This document shows, in pieces, positions 16,772 through 25,431 of a DNA stretch of 64,000 nt (the stretch's first letter is position 1; the number at the start of each line of letters is the position of its first letter). Position numbers and translations under genes: made by a program. Origin of the DNA: Kiritimatiellia bacterium (GTDB taxonomy: Bacteria; Verrucomicrobiota; Kiritimatiellia; RFP12; UBA1067); NCBI GenBank assembly GCA_050949565.1, contig JBMNFY010000011.1, forward strand, positions 26,069-90,068, given 5' to 3'. Under the pieces are notes generated by a model. That model worked only from the letters and a program-made list of their open reading frames with translations, ran no database searches and had not been told where the DNA came from.

Positions 16772-19360
16772 TTATTGCGGTGTTCCGCTCATGCGGACGG
16801 GGATGATGTCCCCCTTGTCGTTGAAGTACATGCGGTCGAGGCAAACCACACGGTGGTGCGCAGACAGCGATGGTATAGGACGGCGATGGTAACAAATGTA
16901 CCAATCGTCGGTACCGGGAATGTTGATCACGGAATGATGTCCCGCGCCAGTTGCCAAAGGGCGCTGTGAGTCGAGTATCCGTCCCTTGAATTCAAAAGGA
17001 CCAAAAGGTGAAGACGACACGCTGTAGTTGACGCAATAGGAATCCTTTGTCCAGCTACCACTCGAATACATGAAGTACCAGACGCCTTTCCTCTCGAACA
17101 TCACGGAGCCCTCGACATAATCTTGCGGGGTGATGTCACGCCAAATCCTCCCGTCATCAAGCGGCTGCAACGACTTGAAATCCGGTGCCAGCTTGACGAG
17201 ATTGCAGCGGCCCCATCCTCCATAGATCATGTACCACTCGCCTTCGTAGCAAAAGACATACTGGTCGATCGGCTGAGCACCATTCCAGAAACGATCGATG
17301 AGAGGCTTGCCGATCAAATCGCGGTACGGCCCCTCCGGACGATCCGCAACCGCCACGCCGATACCACCGTACTTGCTGATGCCCGGCTCCGGTTGCGGCT
17401 CACCGTCCTCGCGCCGGCCGCCGACAGGGTAAGCGTCGTTTGCGCCAAAGAAGAGATAGTACTTGCCGTCCTTCTCGTGGGCGTCGGGTGCCCACAGGCA
17501 GCCCCGCGCCCAAGTGACCTCATTCGTCGTCAAAATCCGCGCGTGCTTCGTCCAGACCTTCAGGTCCGGCGATGAGAATGCATCCATCGCAACCTGCTGC
17601 TCGAACGGGAGCGACATCGTCGGGAAAATCCAATAGGTTTTTCCGTATCGCCGGATCTGCGGATCGGCATACCATCCGGGCAGAATCGGATTTCCTCCTG
17701 TCTCAAAGGTCTGCTTGTCACCCTCGATGTCGCCACGTTTCTTCCCCGTCACATACTCCCTGCATGCCCAGTAGGCAGGCTTTGGCGAAAAGTCTTTGTG
17801 GACGATGCCAAAGTGGTGTTCGCTATAGTACGGGTCTTTTTCGACCGCGAGAAATTCATAGATGAAGTACCTTTCAACACCATTCGCGAAGGCGGACTTT
17901 ATCGCATCGACCGTATACTTCGCTTGCTGGGATTCGTCACTCGTGCCGACTGATCGCCCACGGCTGGACACGATCACACGGCCCTTCATGTCGCTGCCGA
18001 AGAGATACGCCGCCGCGCCGACGGCGGGTCCGCCACTCTTGTCCTTGCCGACCAGCAGCGGAACCATCTGATCACCGGGCTGGAGCAGACGTGCAGAGAA
18101 AAACCGATCCGCAGAAAGTCCAGCCGGATCGCATTTCAACCCTACGGTGCTCGCCTCTTCCGACGGGAACGTCTTCGTTGACTGCGGCATTGCCTTGTTG
18201 TCCCACCATGCCTCGACACCAATGCGCAAACGGTTGCGCGCGGCAGCCCCTTCCCTTGCGCCGTGTGCTGAGGAACCGGCATACTGGCCGCCGCGCATCG
18301 GATAGTAAAGCGGGTAACCCCCGAAGAGAACGAGCGTTCCGCCTTTTTTCACAAAGTCAACGACCGCATCAATCGTGTCGTCAGGATACCGTTCACCGAA
18401 CGGGAAGACGACCAGATCAATCTCCCCACGAGGAAGGCGAGCGTTGAGTTCCTCAGCCGAACACACGGTACACGTCGAGCCGACAGGCAATATCTCCTGC
18501 AACGAACGCGCGAACTCAGCAGCGGTGGCTCCGGGTATGCCCAGGTCAACATACACCGCGCGCCAAGCCTTCTGGTCTGGTCTTGCGATTTTGAGCCCCG
18601 CCTTAAGGACCGGCGTTTCCGGCACCCTTGCCCTGTGTGTCGGCCAGCCCATTTCCGTAATCCAAATCGGACGGTCGGCAATACCGTTCCGCGCCATCAT
18701 CTGCTTCAAGTTCTTAAGGTCCTCCGTCAACCCCGGTTCCGGCGGATTCGGGTGACGGTAGGGATGGACATTGACAATGTCAAAGGCGTCCTTCGCACCC
18801 GCTTTGATGGCCGCCTCAATGAAATCGTACGCACACCCCGCCGTGCCGCCGAAGGCGACCAGAACAGTCGGATCGACGGCCTTTACCTCCTCATACGCCA
18901 CCTTCAACACCTCGGCGTACTTTTCAGGATTCGGATCCTTCCAGAAGGCACTGATGTTGGCCTCGTTCCAGATCTCGACCACGGGGATCCGCCCTTTGAA
19001 ATGCCGCGCCGACTCACGGATAAATGCGCGCCATTCCGTGAGATGCTCATTCACCGGCTGCGCCCACCCCGGAACGCCATGAAAAATCGGCAATACCTTG
19101 ATGCCGTATTTCGCCGCGTCATCAACGACTTGATCATACCGCGAGAAATCAAATGGACCATTCTTGGCTTTCTGGCAGTGATGCCAATCGAAGTCGCTGC
19201 GGACGTAATCGAAGCCCGCATCCTGCATCATTTCGTAGGTACGGATACGGTTGTTGAACTCATCCCGCGTCACATGCGCGCAGACGCCGACACGCCCGTC
19301 TGCCTGCGCCATGATCGCCGCCGCCACCAACAACGGAGCAATAACTTTGATGTTCATCAT
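16772..19360 (-). CDS. exported multidomain glycoside hydrolase (clan GH-A TIM barrel + GATase1-like middle domain + GH43 beta-propeller)
   Basis: Signal peptide from ATG 19360 (MMNIKVIAPLLVAAAIMAQA). Catalytic-type motifs 'VVEIWNEANISAFW' and 'IWITEMGWP' fit GH-A. 'GNPILPGWYADPQIRRYGKTYWIFPT' and 'LWAPDAHEKDGKYYLFF' fit GH43. Confidence 0.8.
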   Translation of the reverse strand: MMNIKVIAPLLVAAAIMAQADGRVGVCAHVTRDEFNNRIRTYEMMQDAGFDYVRSDFDWHHCQKAKNGPFDFSRYDQVVDDAAKYGIKVLPIFHGVPGWAQPVNEHLTEWRAFIRESARHFKGRIPVVEIWNEANISAFWKDPNPEKYAEVLKVAYEEVKAVDPTVLVAFGGTAGCAYDFIEAAIKAGAKDAFDIVNVHPYRHPNPPEPGLTEDLKNLKQMMARNGIADRPIWITEMGWPTHRARVPETPVLKAGLKIARPDQKAWRAVYVDLGIPGATAAEFARSLQEILPVGSTCTVCSAEELNARLPRGEIDLVVFPFGERYPDDTIDAVVDFVKKGGTLVLFGGYPLYYPMRGGQYAGSSAHGAREGAAARNRLRIGVEAWWDNKAMPQSTKTFPSEEASTVGLKCDPAGLSADRFFSARLLQPGDQMVPLLVGKDKSGGPAVGAAAYLFGSDMKGRVIVSSRGRSVGTSDESQQAKYTVDAIKSAFANGVERYFIYEFLAVEKDPYYSEHHFGIVHKDFSPKPAYWACREYVTGKKRGDIEGDKQTFETGGNPILPGWYADPQIRRYGKTYWIFPTMSLPFEQQVAMDAFSSPDLKVWTKHARILTTNEVTWARGCLWAPDAHEKDGKYYLFFGANDAYPVGGRREDGEPQPEPGISKYGGIGVAVADRPEGPYRDLIGKPLIDRFWNGAQPIDQYVFCYEGEWYMIYGGWGRCNLVKLAPDFKSLQPLDDGRIWRDITPQDYVEGSVMFERKGVWYFMYSSGSWTKDSYCVNYSVSSSPFGPFEFKGRILDSQRPLATGAGHHSVINIPGTDDWYICYHRRPIPSLSAHHRVVCLDRMYFNDKGDIIPVRMSGTPQ

Positions 19361-19500
19361 CGTTTCTTCAATCGCAATAGAGTAAGTGAATAAAGATCCG
19401 CCAGCCAGCGACCGACGGGAGTACGCTTTTTTCAGGTACCGAATGAAGTTCATTTTGGCATGCAGGCAGAATCTCGGCAAGGACAAACAAAACAGCGCGC

Positions 19501-19529
19501 TTGTTTGGGTGGCGCGGACCCTGTATAAT
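19501..19529 (+). promoter_or_regulatory. candidate promoter of der: TTGTTT-N17-TATAAT, 8 nt before the ATG
   Basis: A perfect 'tataat' (19524-19529) is preceded by 'tg' and a -35-like 'ttgttt' (19501-19506). There is no SD before ATG 19538, so a leaderless or near-leaderless mRNA is implied. Confidence 0.4.
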
Positions 19530-19537
19530 CAGGGCGC

Positions 19538-21055
19538 ATGATTCCCCAACAGACAGAGACGGCAAAAGACCGGGTGATTGTGATTGTCGGACGCCCCAAC
19601 GTCGGCAAATCCGCCATCTTCAACCGCATCGCGGGACGCCGGATCGCGATCGTGCACGACGAGAGCGGCGTGACCCGCGACCGGTTGGTGCGCGAGGTGG
19701 AGTGGGACGATGAGCGCTTTCAACTGGTGGACACCGGCGGCGTGGTGATGCTCGATGCCGAAGGCCGCAAGAACACCATTGAGTCCGGCATCCGCGCCCA
19801 AGTGGACGCAGCGCTTGATGATGCCGCCGTGGCGATCTTGGTGGTAGACGTGCAACAGGGCGTGCATCCGTTGGACGAAGAGGTCGCCAGCATCATCCGC
19901 AAGCGCGGTGTGCCCTGTGTGGTCGCGGTCAACAAGTGCGACCAGCCGCAGCATGAGCCTGGCGCCGCCGAGTTTGCACGTCTCGGATTCCCCCTCTTTC
20001 CCGTGGCGGCCCAGCACAACCGCGGCATGGGTGACCTGATGGATGCGGTGTTGCCCCACCTGCCGGAAGTCGCCAACGAGACGGAGGAAAAACCGCTGCG
20101 CGTCGCGATCGTTGGACGCCCCAACGCCGGCAAGTCCTCGTACATCAACCGACTGCTGCGCGAGGATCGCGTGATCGTCTCCGATGTCGCCGGCACCACG
20201 CGCGATTCGATCGACGTTCCCTTCACGATCGGCAGCGGCGATCAGGCGCGCCACTATGTTTTGGTAGACACGGCCGGCATGCGCAACAGGCACCGCGTCG
20301 ACAGTGCGGTAGAACGTTTCAGCCTGTTCCGCGCCGAGGAGAGCATCAAAGACGCCGACGTCGTGGTGCTGGTGCTTGATCCAGAACTGGGCCCCACCGT
20401 GCAGGACAAACATATCGCGTCCTTGATCCAGAAAAACAAAAAGGGCTGCGTGCTGATGATGAACAAGTGGGACCTTGCTCAGGAGAAAGGGATGACGCAG
20501 ACCCAGACCGAGCCGGTACTGCGCGCGATCATGCCGTTCATGAATTACGTGCCACTGGTGTTCGTCTCGGCCAAGACCGGCTACAACATACGCCGCAGCA
20601 TTGAGGTCATCGACGCCGTAGCCACCCAGACGCGAACTAAGCTACCGACGGGCATGCTGAACCGCACACTGGTTGAAGCGACGCGCCGGGTGGTTGCTCC
20701 CTTGCGCGGCGGCAAGCGCCTGCGCGTCTACTACGCGGTGCAACTCGGCGTGGCGCCCATCACGATCCGCATGTTCGTAAACGACCCCAAGATCGCGACC
20801 AGGCCCTACACCGATTTCATGATACGCGCGCTACGCGAGCGCTTCGGTCTCGAAGGCGCGCCGGTCGAAATCCTCTACCGTGCGCGTTCGCGTCCCGAAC
20901 TCAGTGCAAGTGCGGGCGCGGCAGCGGACGCATCGGTAGTTGGAGACCCAGACGCCGAGACCAAGACAGTGAACCGCCCTACCCGACCGCCCCGCCGCAA
21001 AGCCAAAGCACGGTCTCCCAAGAAATCGCCGCCCCGCCGTACGAAATCCCGTTAA
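19538..21055 (+). CDS. der: ribosome-biogenesis GTPase Der (EngA) with a basic C-terminal tail
   Basis: Two G domains: 'VGRPNVGKSAIFNR...DTGG...NKCD' and 'VGRPNAGKSSYINR...DTAG...NKWD'. A KH-like C-terminal domain follows. The extra tail reads 'RPTRPPRRKAKARSPKKSPPRRTKSR'. Confidence 0.93.
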   Translation: MIPQQTETAKDRVIVIVGRPNVGKSAIFNRIAGRRIAIVHDESGVTRDRLVREVEWDDERFQLVDTGGVVMLDAEGRKNTIESGIRAQVDAALDDAAVAILVVDVQQGVHPLDEEVASIIRKRGVPCVVAVNKCDQPQHEPGAAEFARLGFPLFPVAAQHNRGMGDLMDAVLPHLPEVANETEEKPLRVAIVGRPNAGKSSYINRLLREDRVIVSDVAGTTRDSIDVPFTIGSGDQARHYVLVDTAGMRNRHRVDSAVERFSLFRAEESIKDADVVVLVLDPELGPTVQDKHIASLIQKNKKGCVLMMNKWDLAQEKGMTQTQTEPVLRAIMPFMNYVPLVFVSAKTGYNIRRSIEVIDAVATQTRTKLPTGMLNRTLVEATRRVVAPLRGGKRLRVYYAVQLGVAPITIRMFVNDPKIATRPYTDFMIRALRERFGLEGAPVEILYRARSRPELSASAGAAADASVVGDPDAETKTVNRPTRPPRRKAKARSPKKSPPRRTKSR

Positions 21056-21097
21056 CCTCCGCATGAGTGCCCGACATGTATGGTAAAAAAACAGGTT

Positions 21098-21190
21098 GTT
21101 TGTTTAACGCAGAGGTGCAGAGACGCAGAGGTTTTTTGGGGAGCCCTGATCGGGTGTTTCACGCGAAGGCGCGAAGACGCGAAGGATTGG
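21098..21190. repeat. ~93-bp composite repeat (copy 1; inverted copy at 63457-63556)
   Basis: 'gtttgtttaacgcagaggtgcagagacgcagaggttttttgggg...gggtgtttcacgcgaaggcgcgaagacgcgaaggattgg'. Its reverse complement matches 63457-63556 apart from an indel-bearing central segment. A partial third copy lies at 53165-53207. Confidence 0.88.
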
Positions 21191-21213
21191 AGGGCGAGTG
21201 TCCTCACGAGCCG

Positions 21214-21306
21214 CCTTCCGCTACGCGGAAGGATGGTCTCAAACTTCCTCGCAGAGCACCGGGAGGGACGAGCGTCGCTCGTCCGCGGGCAAGCAGACGC
21301 TTGCCC
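21214..21306. repeat. three consecutive 8-bp-stem GC hairpins
   Basis: 'ccttccgc-tac-gcggaagg' (21214-21232), 'ggacgagc-gtc-gctcgtcc' (21266-21284) and 'gggcaagc-agac-gcttgccc' (21287-21306). A degenerate relative 'caagcgtctgcttg' sits at 58321-58334. Confidence 0.8.
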
Positions 21307-21439
21307 CTCCCAGCGCTTCGCAAGCCGATGACAAGTGCTGGAGGGTGACATCTGGATGGCGCGATAAAAATAGAAACCTTTGTGTCCTTGCCTTTGTGTG
21401 AGATTGACTTGATTCGCGGGCTCCGCCCGCACTAGTTGT

Positions 21440-22846
21440 ATGTACCGAAAAATTTCCGTTCAATGGTGGCGTTTCTGGATGGCCGGTGAAGGGCTCTCGG
21501 TCAAGACCGGCCGCGCGTTATTGCTCTGTGCCCTGACCGGCCTCATAGCCGGGTTGGCGGCATCGGGATTCTATTGGTTGCTGGAGAGCGCCCGCTACTA
21601 TCTGATGGAAGGGCTGGCGCACTACACGCCGCCGCTTGCAGCAGGTGAAACGGCGATCTATCCGACCGTGCATCACACGGAACGACTGCGCTGGGTGCTA
21701 CTGGTACTGCCAGCCTTAGGTGCCATGGCAGGCGCGCTGCTCGTCAAGTTCTTCGCGCCATCCGCTGGCGGACACGGTACCGACGCCGCGATCAACGCCT
21801 ACCACCGCAACGAAGGACGGATTCCTTTTGCCGTGATTCCAGTCAAGGCGGTTGCCTCGGCACTGGTGATCGGTTCGGGGGGTTCCGCTGGTTGCGAGGG
21901 GCCAGTCACACAAATCGGTGCGGGTTGCGGCTCGGCCTTGGCCAGTCTGCTCAAACTCGACGCTGCCGAGCGTCGCGTCCTGATGGCGGCTGGTCTGGCT
22001 GCGGGCGTGGGCGCGATTTTCCGCGCACCGCTGGCGGGCGCGATTTTCGCGGCGGAGATTTTCTACAGCGGCCTCGACATCGAGTACGAAATCTTGATGC
22101 CTTCGCTGGTAGCATCGACTGTCGCCTACACGGTCTTCGCGCTTTTCTTCGGCTGGCACCCGCTCTTCGTCATGCCGGATTACACCTTTGCCGATCCGCG
22201 TAAACTGCTACCGTACCTCTTTCTCGCATTGGTGGTTGCCCTTGGCGCGAAGTTCTATATCTTGGTTTTCCGGCAGTTTGAATCCGCAAGCCGCACCTGG
22301 CGCGTGCCAACATGGGTCAAGCCCGGGATCGGTGGCTTGCTGACCGGTCTGATCGGCTTCTTCCTGCCTCAGGTTCTGGGCTCTGGCTACGGCATCATCC
22401 AGCAGACGCTCGTGGTCGACAGTCCGCTTGCCGAACGTTTCGGAGGACTCTCGCTAGCAATGCTTCTCCTGATCTTTTTCGGCAAGGTTTTCGCGACCGC
22501 ATTCACGGTCGCCAGCGGCGGAAGCGGCGGCGTATTCGGTCCGGCGCTGGTCTCGGGCGCGGCGCTCGGAGCGGCCACCGGCTTAGCGCTGACGCGCCTC
22601 TTCCCCGGTCTCGAACTCCATCCCGGCGCCTTCGCGCTGGTCGGCATGGCCGGCTTTCTGGCCGCCTCGGTGCGTGTGCCGATCGCAGCGATCATCATGG
22701 TCAGCGAGATCACCGGCAATCACAACCTGCTGCTGCCCAGTATGTGGGTATGCGGCGTATCCTACTGGCTCAGCAACGGCTGGACCATCTACCGCAGCCA
22801 AGTGCGCACCCGCGACTGCTCCCCCGCACACATGCGCGGAGGATAA
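21440..22846 (+). CDS. ClC-family chloride channel / H+-Cl- antiporter
   Basis: About 10-12 hydrophobic helices. Selectivity-filter-like motifs are 'GSGGSAGCEGP', 'GAIFRAPLAGAIFAAE' and 'GGSGGVFGPAL'. The start could be the downstream Met (MAGEG). Confidence 0.85.
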   Translation: MYRKISVQWWRFWMAGEGLSVKTGRALLLCALTGLIAGLAASGFYWLLESARYYLMEGLAHYTPPLAAGETAIYPTVHHTERLRWVLLVLPALGAMAGALLVKFFAPSAGGHGTDAAINAYHRNEGRIPFAVIPVKAVASALVIGSGGSAGCEGPVTQIGAGCGSALASLLKLDAAERRVLMAAGLAAGVGAIFRAPLAGAIFAAEIFYSGLDIEYEILMPSLVASTVAYTVFALFFGWHPLFVMPDYTFADPRKLLPYLFLALVVALGAKFYILVFRQFESASRTWRVPTWVKPGIGGLLTGLIGFFLPQVLGSGYGIIQQTLVVDSPLAERFGGLSLAMLLLIFFGKVFATAFTVASGGSGGVFGPALVSGAALGAATGLALTRLFPGLELHPGAFALVGMAGFLAASVRVPIAAIIMVSEITGNHNLLLPSMWVCGVSYWLSNGWTIYRSQVRTRDCSPAHMRGG

Positions 22847-22851
22847 ATTAA

Positions 22852-25431
22852 ATGCGCTTGCCGCAAAACAGCACGACAGTTATCCTTACGGGCATGTGTA
22901 TGGGGAGGACAGGGGAAGTCGCTTCACGACGGTGCACGCGCTTGAAGGCGTTGGCGCTGCTCTCCGCTTCGCTGATGACGGGTGGCTGGGTTGTGTCCGC
23001 CGCGCCTGCGCCGACGGTATGGCTGTGGCACGAAGAAGGAATGCCGGACAGCCTGCCCGGACTCGCGGAACGCTTGCGCATGGAGGGTTTCGCGCTACAA
23101 CTCACGGACGGCGCGACGCTCGTAACAAAAGGCTTGAAGCCGGGTGCACCGGATGTGTTGGTGCTGCCCTACGGCGACCGCTACCCGGCGGCCGTGGCCG
23201 CCGCACTTAACACTCCGGCCGCGCGCGGCTGCGCTCTGGTGGTAACGGGCGGCGAACGGTCGTTCGACCAACCGATCTATTCAACCGCAGCAGGCGCACG
23301 AACCCTCACGGCGACGGGTGACGAATTGGCGTGTCTCGCACAGGATGCGGCATGGAATCGACCGCTGGCTGGACCGGATGACCGCGTGCGCACAGAAGTC
23401 GTCGGCAACGCCGTGCGCGTGACGCTGGGGCTGGCCGCCTATGCGTACGCCGGGATCGATCTGCCGCCGATGGACGCTGCCGACGCCGTGCTCGAACTTG
23501 AGTTGCGGGGCAAGCCGCCAGTGCAACGTCTTTCGCTGGACCTCCACGAAAAAGACGGAACCCGCTGGAAACAGATTGTGCCCGTATCGCCGGAGTGGAC
23601 ACGCCACCGCGTTCATTTCGCGCAGTTCCTGCCGTACGCCTCGCCCCGCGCCGCCGGACGCGAGGGGCCATCGCCAACGCATGTGACAAGGCTCTCTGTC
23701 GGCTCGACGCATACGATGGCAGGGCGTAAGGACGACTGCGTTTTCGAACTGCGCGGTGTGCGTGTGTTGCGTGCGCAGGTCACGACGGCGCAGGTCGCCG
23801 CCACACCGCCGTTCGTCGATGCGAACCTCTCGGTGGCGCATTGGTTCGGCGCGCAGCATGTCGGTGAATCGCGCAGCAAGCCCGCGCCGCAGTTACGTGA
23901 CGGCATGCGACGTGCGCAAGCGGAGACGCCGTTCCTGTATGCGCACACCGCTCCGCTCCAAGGATCACGCTGGGCGGTATTCGATCTCGCGGCGGTCTCA
24001 GCGGAGCGGCGTGAAACTGATGCTGACCGTGTCGTACAGGCGGTCAGGGCGTTGGCTACGGGGGTCTGGCAACAGACACCGCGCCCCCGTTTCCGCGCCG
24101 CAGAAGATCGCGTGGTGATGGATGTCTGTCTGCCGCTGATGAATCCCGGCACCGCGCAGGCAACCGTGACGGCGACGTTGCACATGGGCGGTACCGAGCC
24201 GATTTCGCGTACGTTCACGCTGCCGCCGCGCCAAAGCAAGACGATCGATATGATTTTGGCAGAGGGCATCGCGGCACCGCTCCTGACGCAAACGCCGCTC
24301 GATCTGCGTGTGGAGACGCGCGCCTCGACTGGGCCGGTTGTGGGGGACGCGCGTTTCCGTTTCGACGCCCGCGCCGCGTTGCGCGGCATCTGCGACACCA
24401 TGCTGGCGCACGCCAAGGAAGACGGCCGTCTGCACGGCTACTCGTTTATCGACAACCGCGGCATCCGTGTCCTGCTGGGTGGATACGAGATCTTTGGCGA
24501 CAGCCGCTACCGAGATGCCGCCCTGCGATGGGGTATGACCCAACTGACCGAGCAACGCGAAGACGGCGGATACCGCATGGGCTACGGCATTACATCCAAG
24601 GGCGAAGAGTGTTATGTTGCGGACGGCGGGGAGATCGTCGTCGGTATCCTACGGCTGGCGGCCTACGCTGAACCCGACTTGCGCGAACGTCTGCTCGCCA
24701 GTGCGGACCGCTACATGCGTTACCGCGAGTCGTTCCGCGTGGCCGAGGGCGGTATCGGCGTCGGCTGGTGCCTGTTCGATTACGGGCAGCGACCGCCCAC
24801 GCCCCTGAACACGCCGACGCGCATCTACGCCCCGGAGCGCAACACCTACACGATCGGTTGCTCGTTGGCCGGAGCCTACGGACACGCCGCGTTGCGCGGA
24901 CAGCCCGACCTCTTCCGACAAGCCGCTGCCGATGCCGACTGGCTGATGCCGCGGACCAGCAAACTGAACGGGGCCTTTATCGAGAGCTTCGTATTCGCGC
25001 ACGCTTTCGCCGTGACCCCGGAAAGACGCAAACTCTACGCGGATTACCTGCACTCGGCTTTTCTTGATCCGATGCTGAGCGCGGCCAACAAAGAGCGGAC
25101 ATGGTGGTTCGACGGCCAAGGACGCCATGCCCTAAATCTCTTCGGTCTGGTATACTGTGCACACCGGCTGGAAGAGCGAGCGGAGTTGACCGCCGAGATT
25201 TATCGCGCACTGTGTGCGATGTTTTCGTCGGACGCGCCGCGATCGATCCCCGAAATTCTCGCTGGACAACAGTTGAGACAACCGGAATGGCTGGCCATCA
25301 GCTACGGCACGCTGGGGCTGGTCGATGCCGTGTCGCCACTGGCAAGTATGGCGCGATGGACGGATGGTCCGCCTCGTGAAACCTCTCGCAAGACAGATCA
25401 CAAAAAACACCAACAAAAGGACAAATCATGA
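22852..25431 (+). CDS. exported hypothetical protein (N-terminal GATase1-like region, C-terminal alpha/alpha-barrel-like region)
   Basis: 859-aa uninterrupted ORF with a hydrophobic leader 'LKALALLSASLMTGGWVVSAAPA'. 'DVLVLPYGDRYPAAV...ALVVTGGE' resembles ThuA/GATase1. 'EDGGYRMGYGITSKGEECYVADGGEIVVGILRLAAY' resembles toroidal glycoside hydrolases. Function unknown. Confidence 0.6.
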   Translation: MRLPQNSTTVILTGMCMGRTGEVASRRCTRLKALALLSASLMTGGWVVSAAPAPTVWLWHEEGMPDSLPGLAERLRMEGFALQLTDGATLVTKGLKPGAPDVLVLPYGDRYPAAVAAALNTPAARGCALVVTGGERSFDQPIYSTAAGARTLTATGDELACLAQDAAWNRPLAGPDDRVRTEVVGNAVRVTLGLAAYAYAGIDLPPMDAADAVLELELRGKPPVQRLSLDLHEKDGTRWKQIVPVSPEWTRHRVHFAQFLPYASPRAAGREGPSPTHVTRLSVGSTHTMAGRKDDCVFELRGVRVLRAQVTTAQVAATPPFVDANLSVAHWFGAQHVGESRSKPAPQLRDGMRRAQAETPFLYAHTAPLQGSRWAVFDLAAVSAERRETDADRVVQAVRALATGVWQQTPRPRFRAAEDRVVMDVCLPLMNPGTAQATVTATLHMGGTEPISRTFTLPPRQSKTIDMILAEGIAAPLLTQTPLDLRVETRASTGPVVGDARFRFDARAALRGICDTMLAHAKEDGRLHGYSFIDNRGIRVLLGGYEIFGDSRYRDAALRWGMTQLTEQREDGGYRMGYGITSKGEECYVADGGEIVVGILRLAAYAEPDLRERLLASADRYMRYRESFRVAEGGIGVGWCLFDYGQRPPTPLNTPTRIYAPERNTYTIGCSLAGAYGHAALRGQPDLFRQAAADADWLMPRTSKLNGAFIESFVFAHAFAVTPERRKLYADYLHSAFLDPMLSAANKERTWWFDGQGRHALNLFGLVYCAHRLEERAELTAEIYRALCAMFSSDAPRSIPEILAGQQLRQPEWLAISYGTLGLVDAVSPLASMARWTDGPPRETSRKTDHKKHQQKDKS

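Noticed and set aside
21067-21432. Several 67-126-aa ORFs on both strands of the der-clc spacer.
   Set aside because: They are translations of repeat modules and hairpins. The same peptide strings (SRLRVKHP, AEAQRRR) appear wherever the repeats occur, in either orientation.
21350-21439. Fluoride (crcB-motif) riboswitch upstream of the ClC gene.
   Set aside because: 'ggatggcgcgataaaaatag' superficially recalls the GGnGAUGG...AUAA core. I could not find the pairing partners or the conserved downstream 'CUGAUGAUGCC'-type segment. The ClC filter motifs also look like a generic Cl- type.
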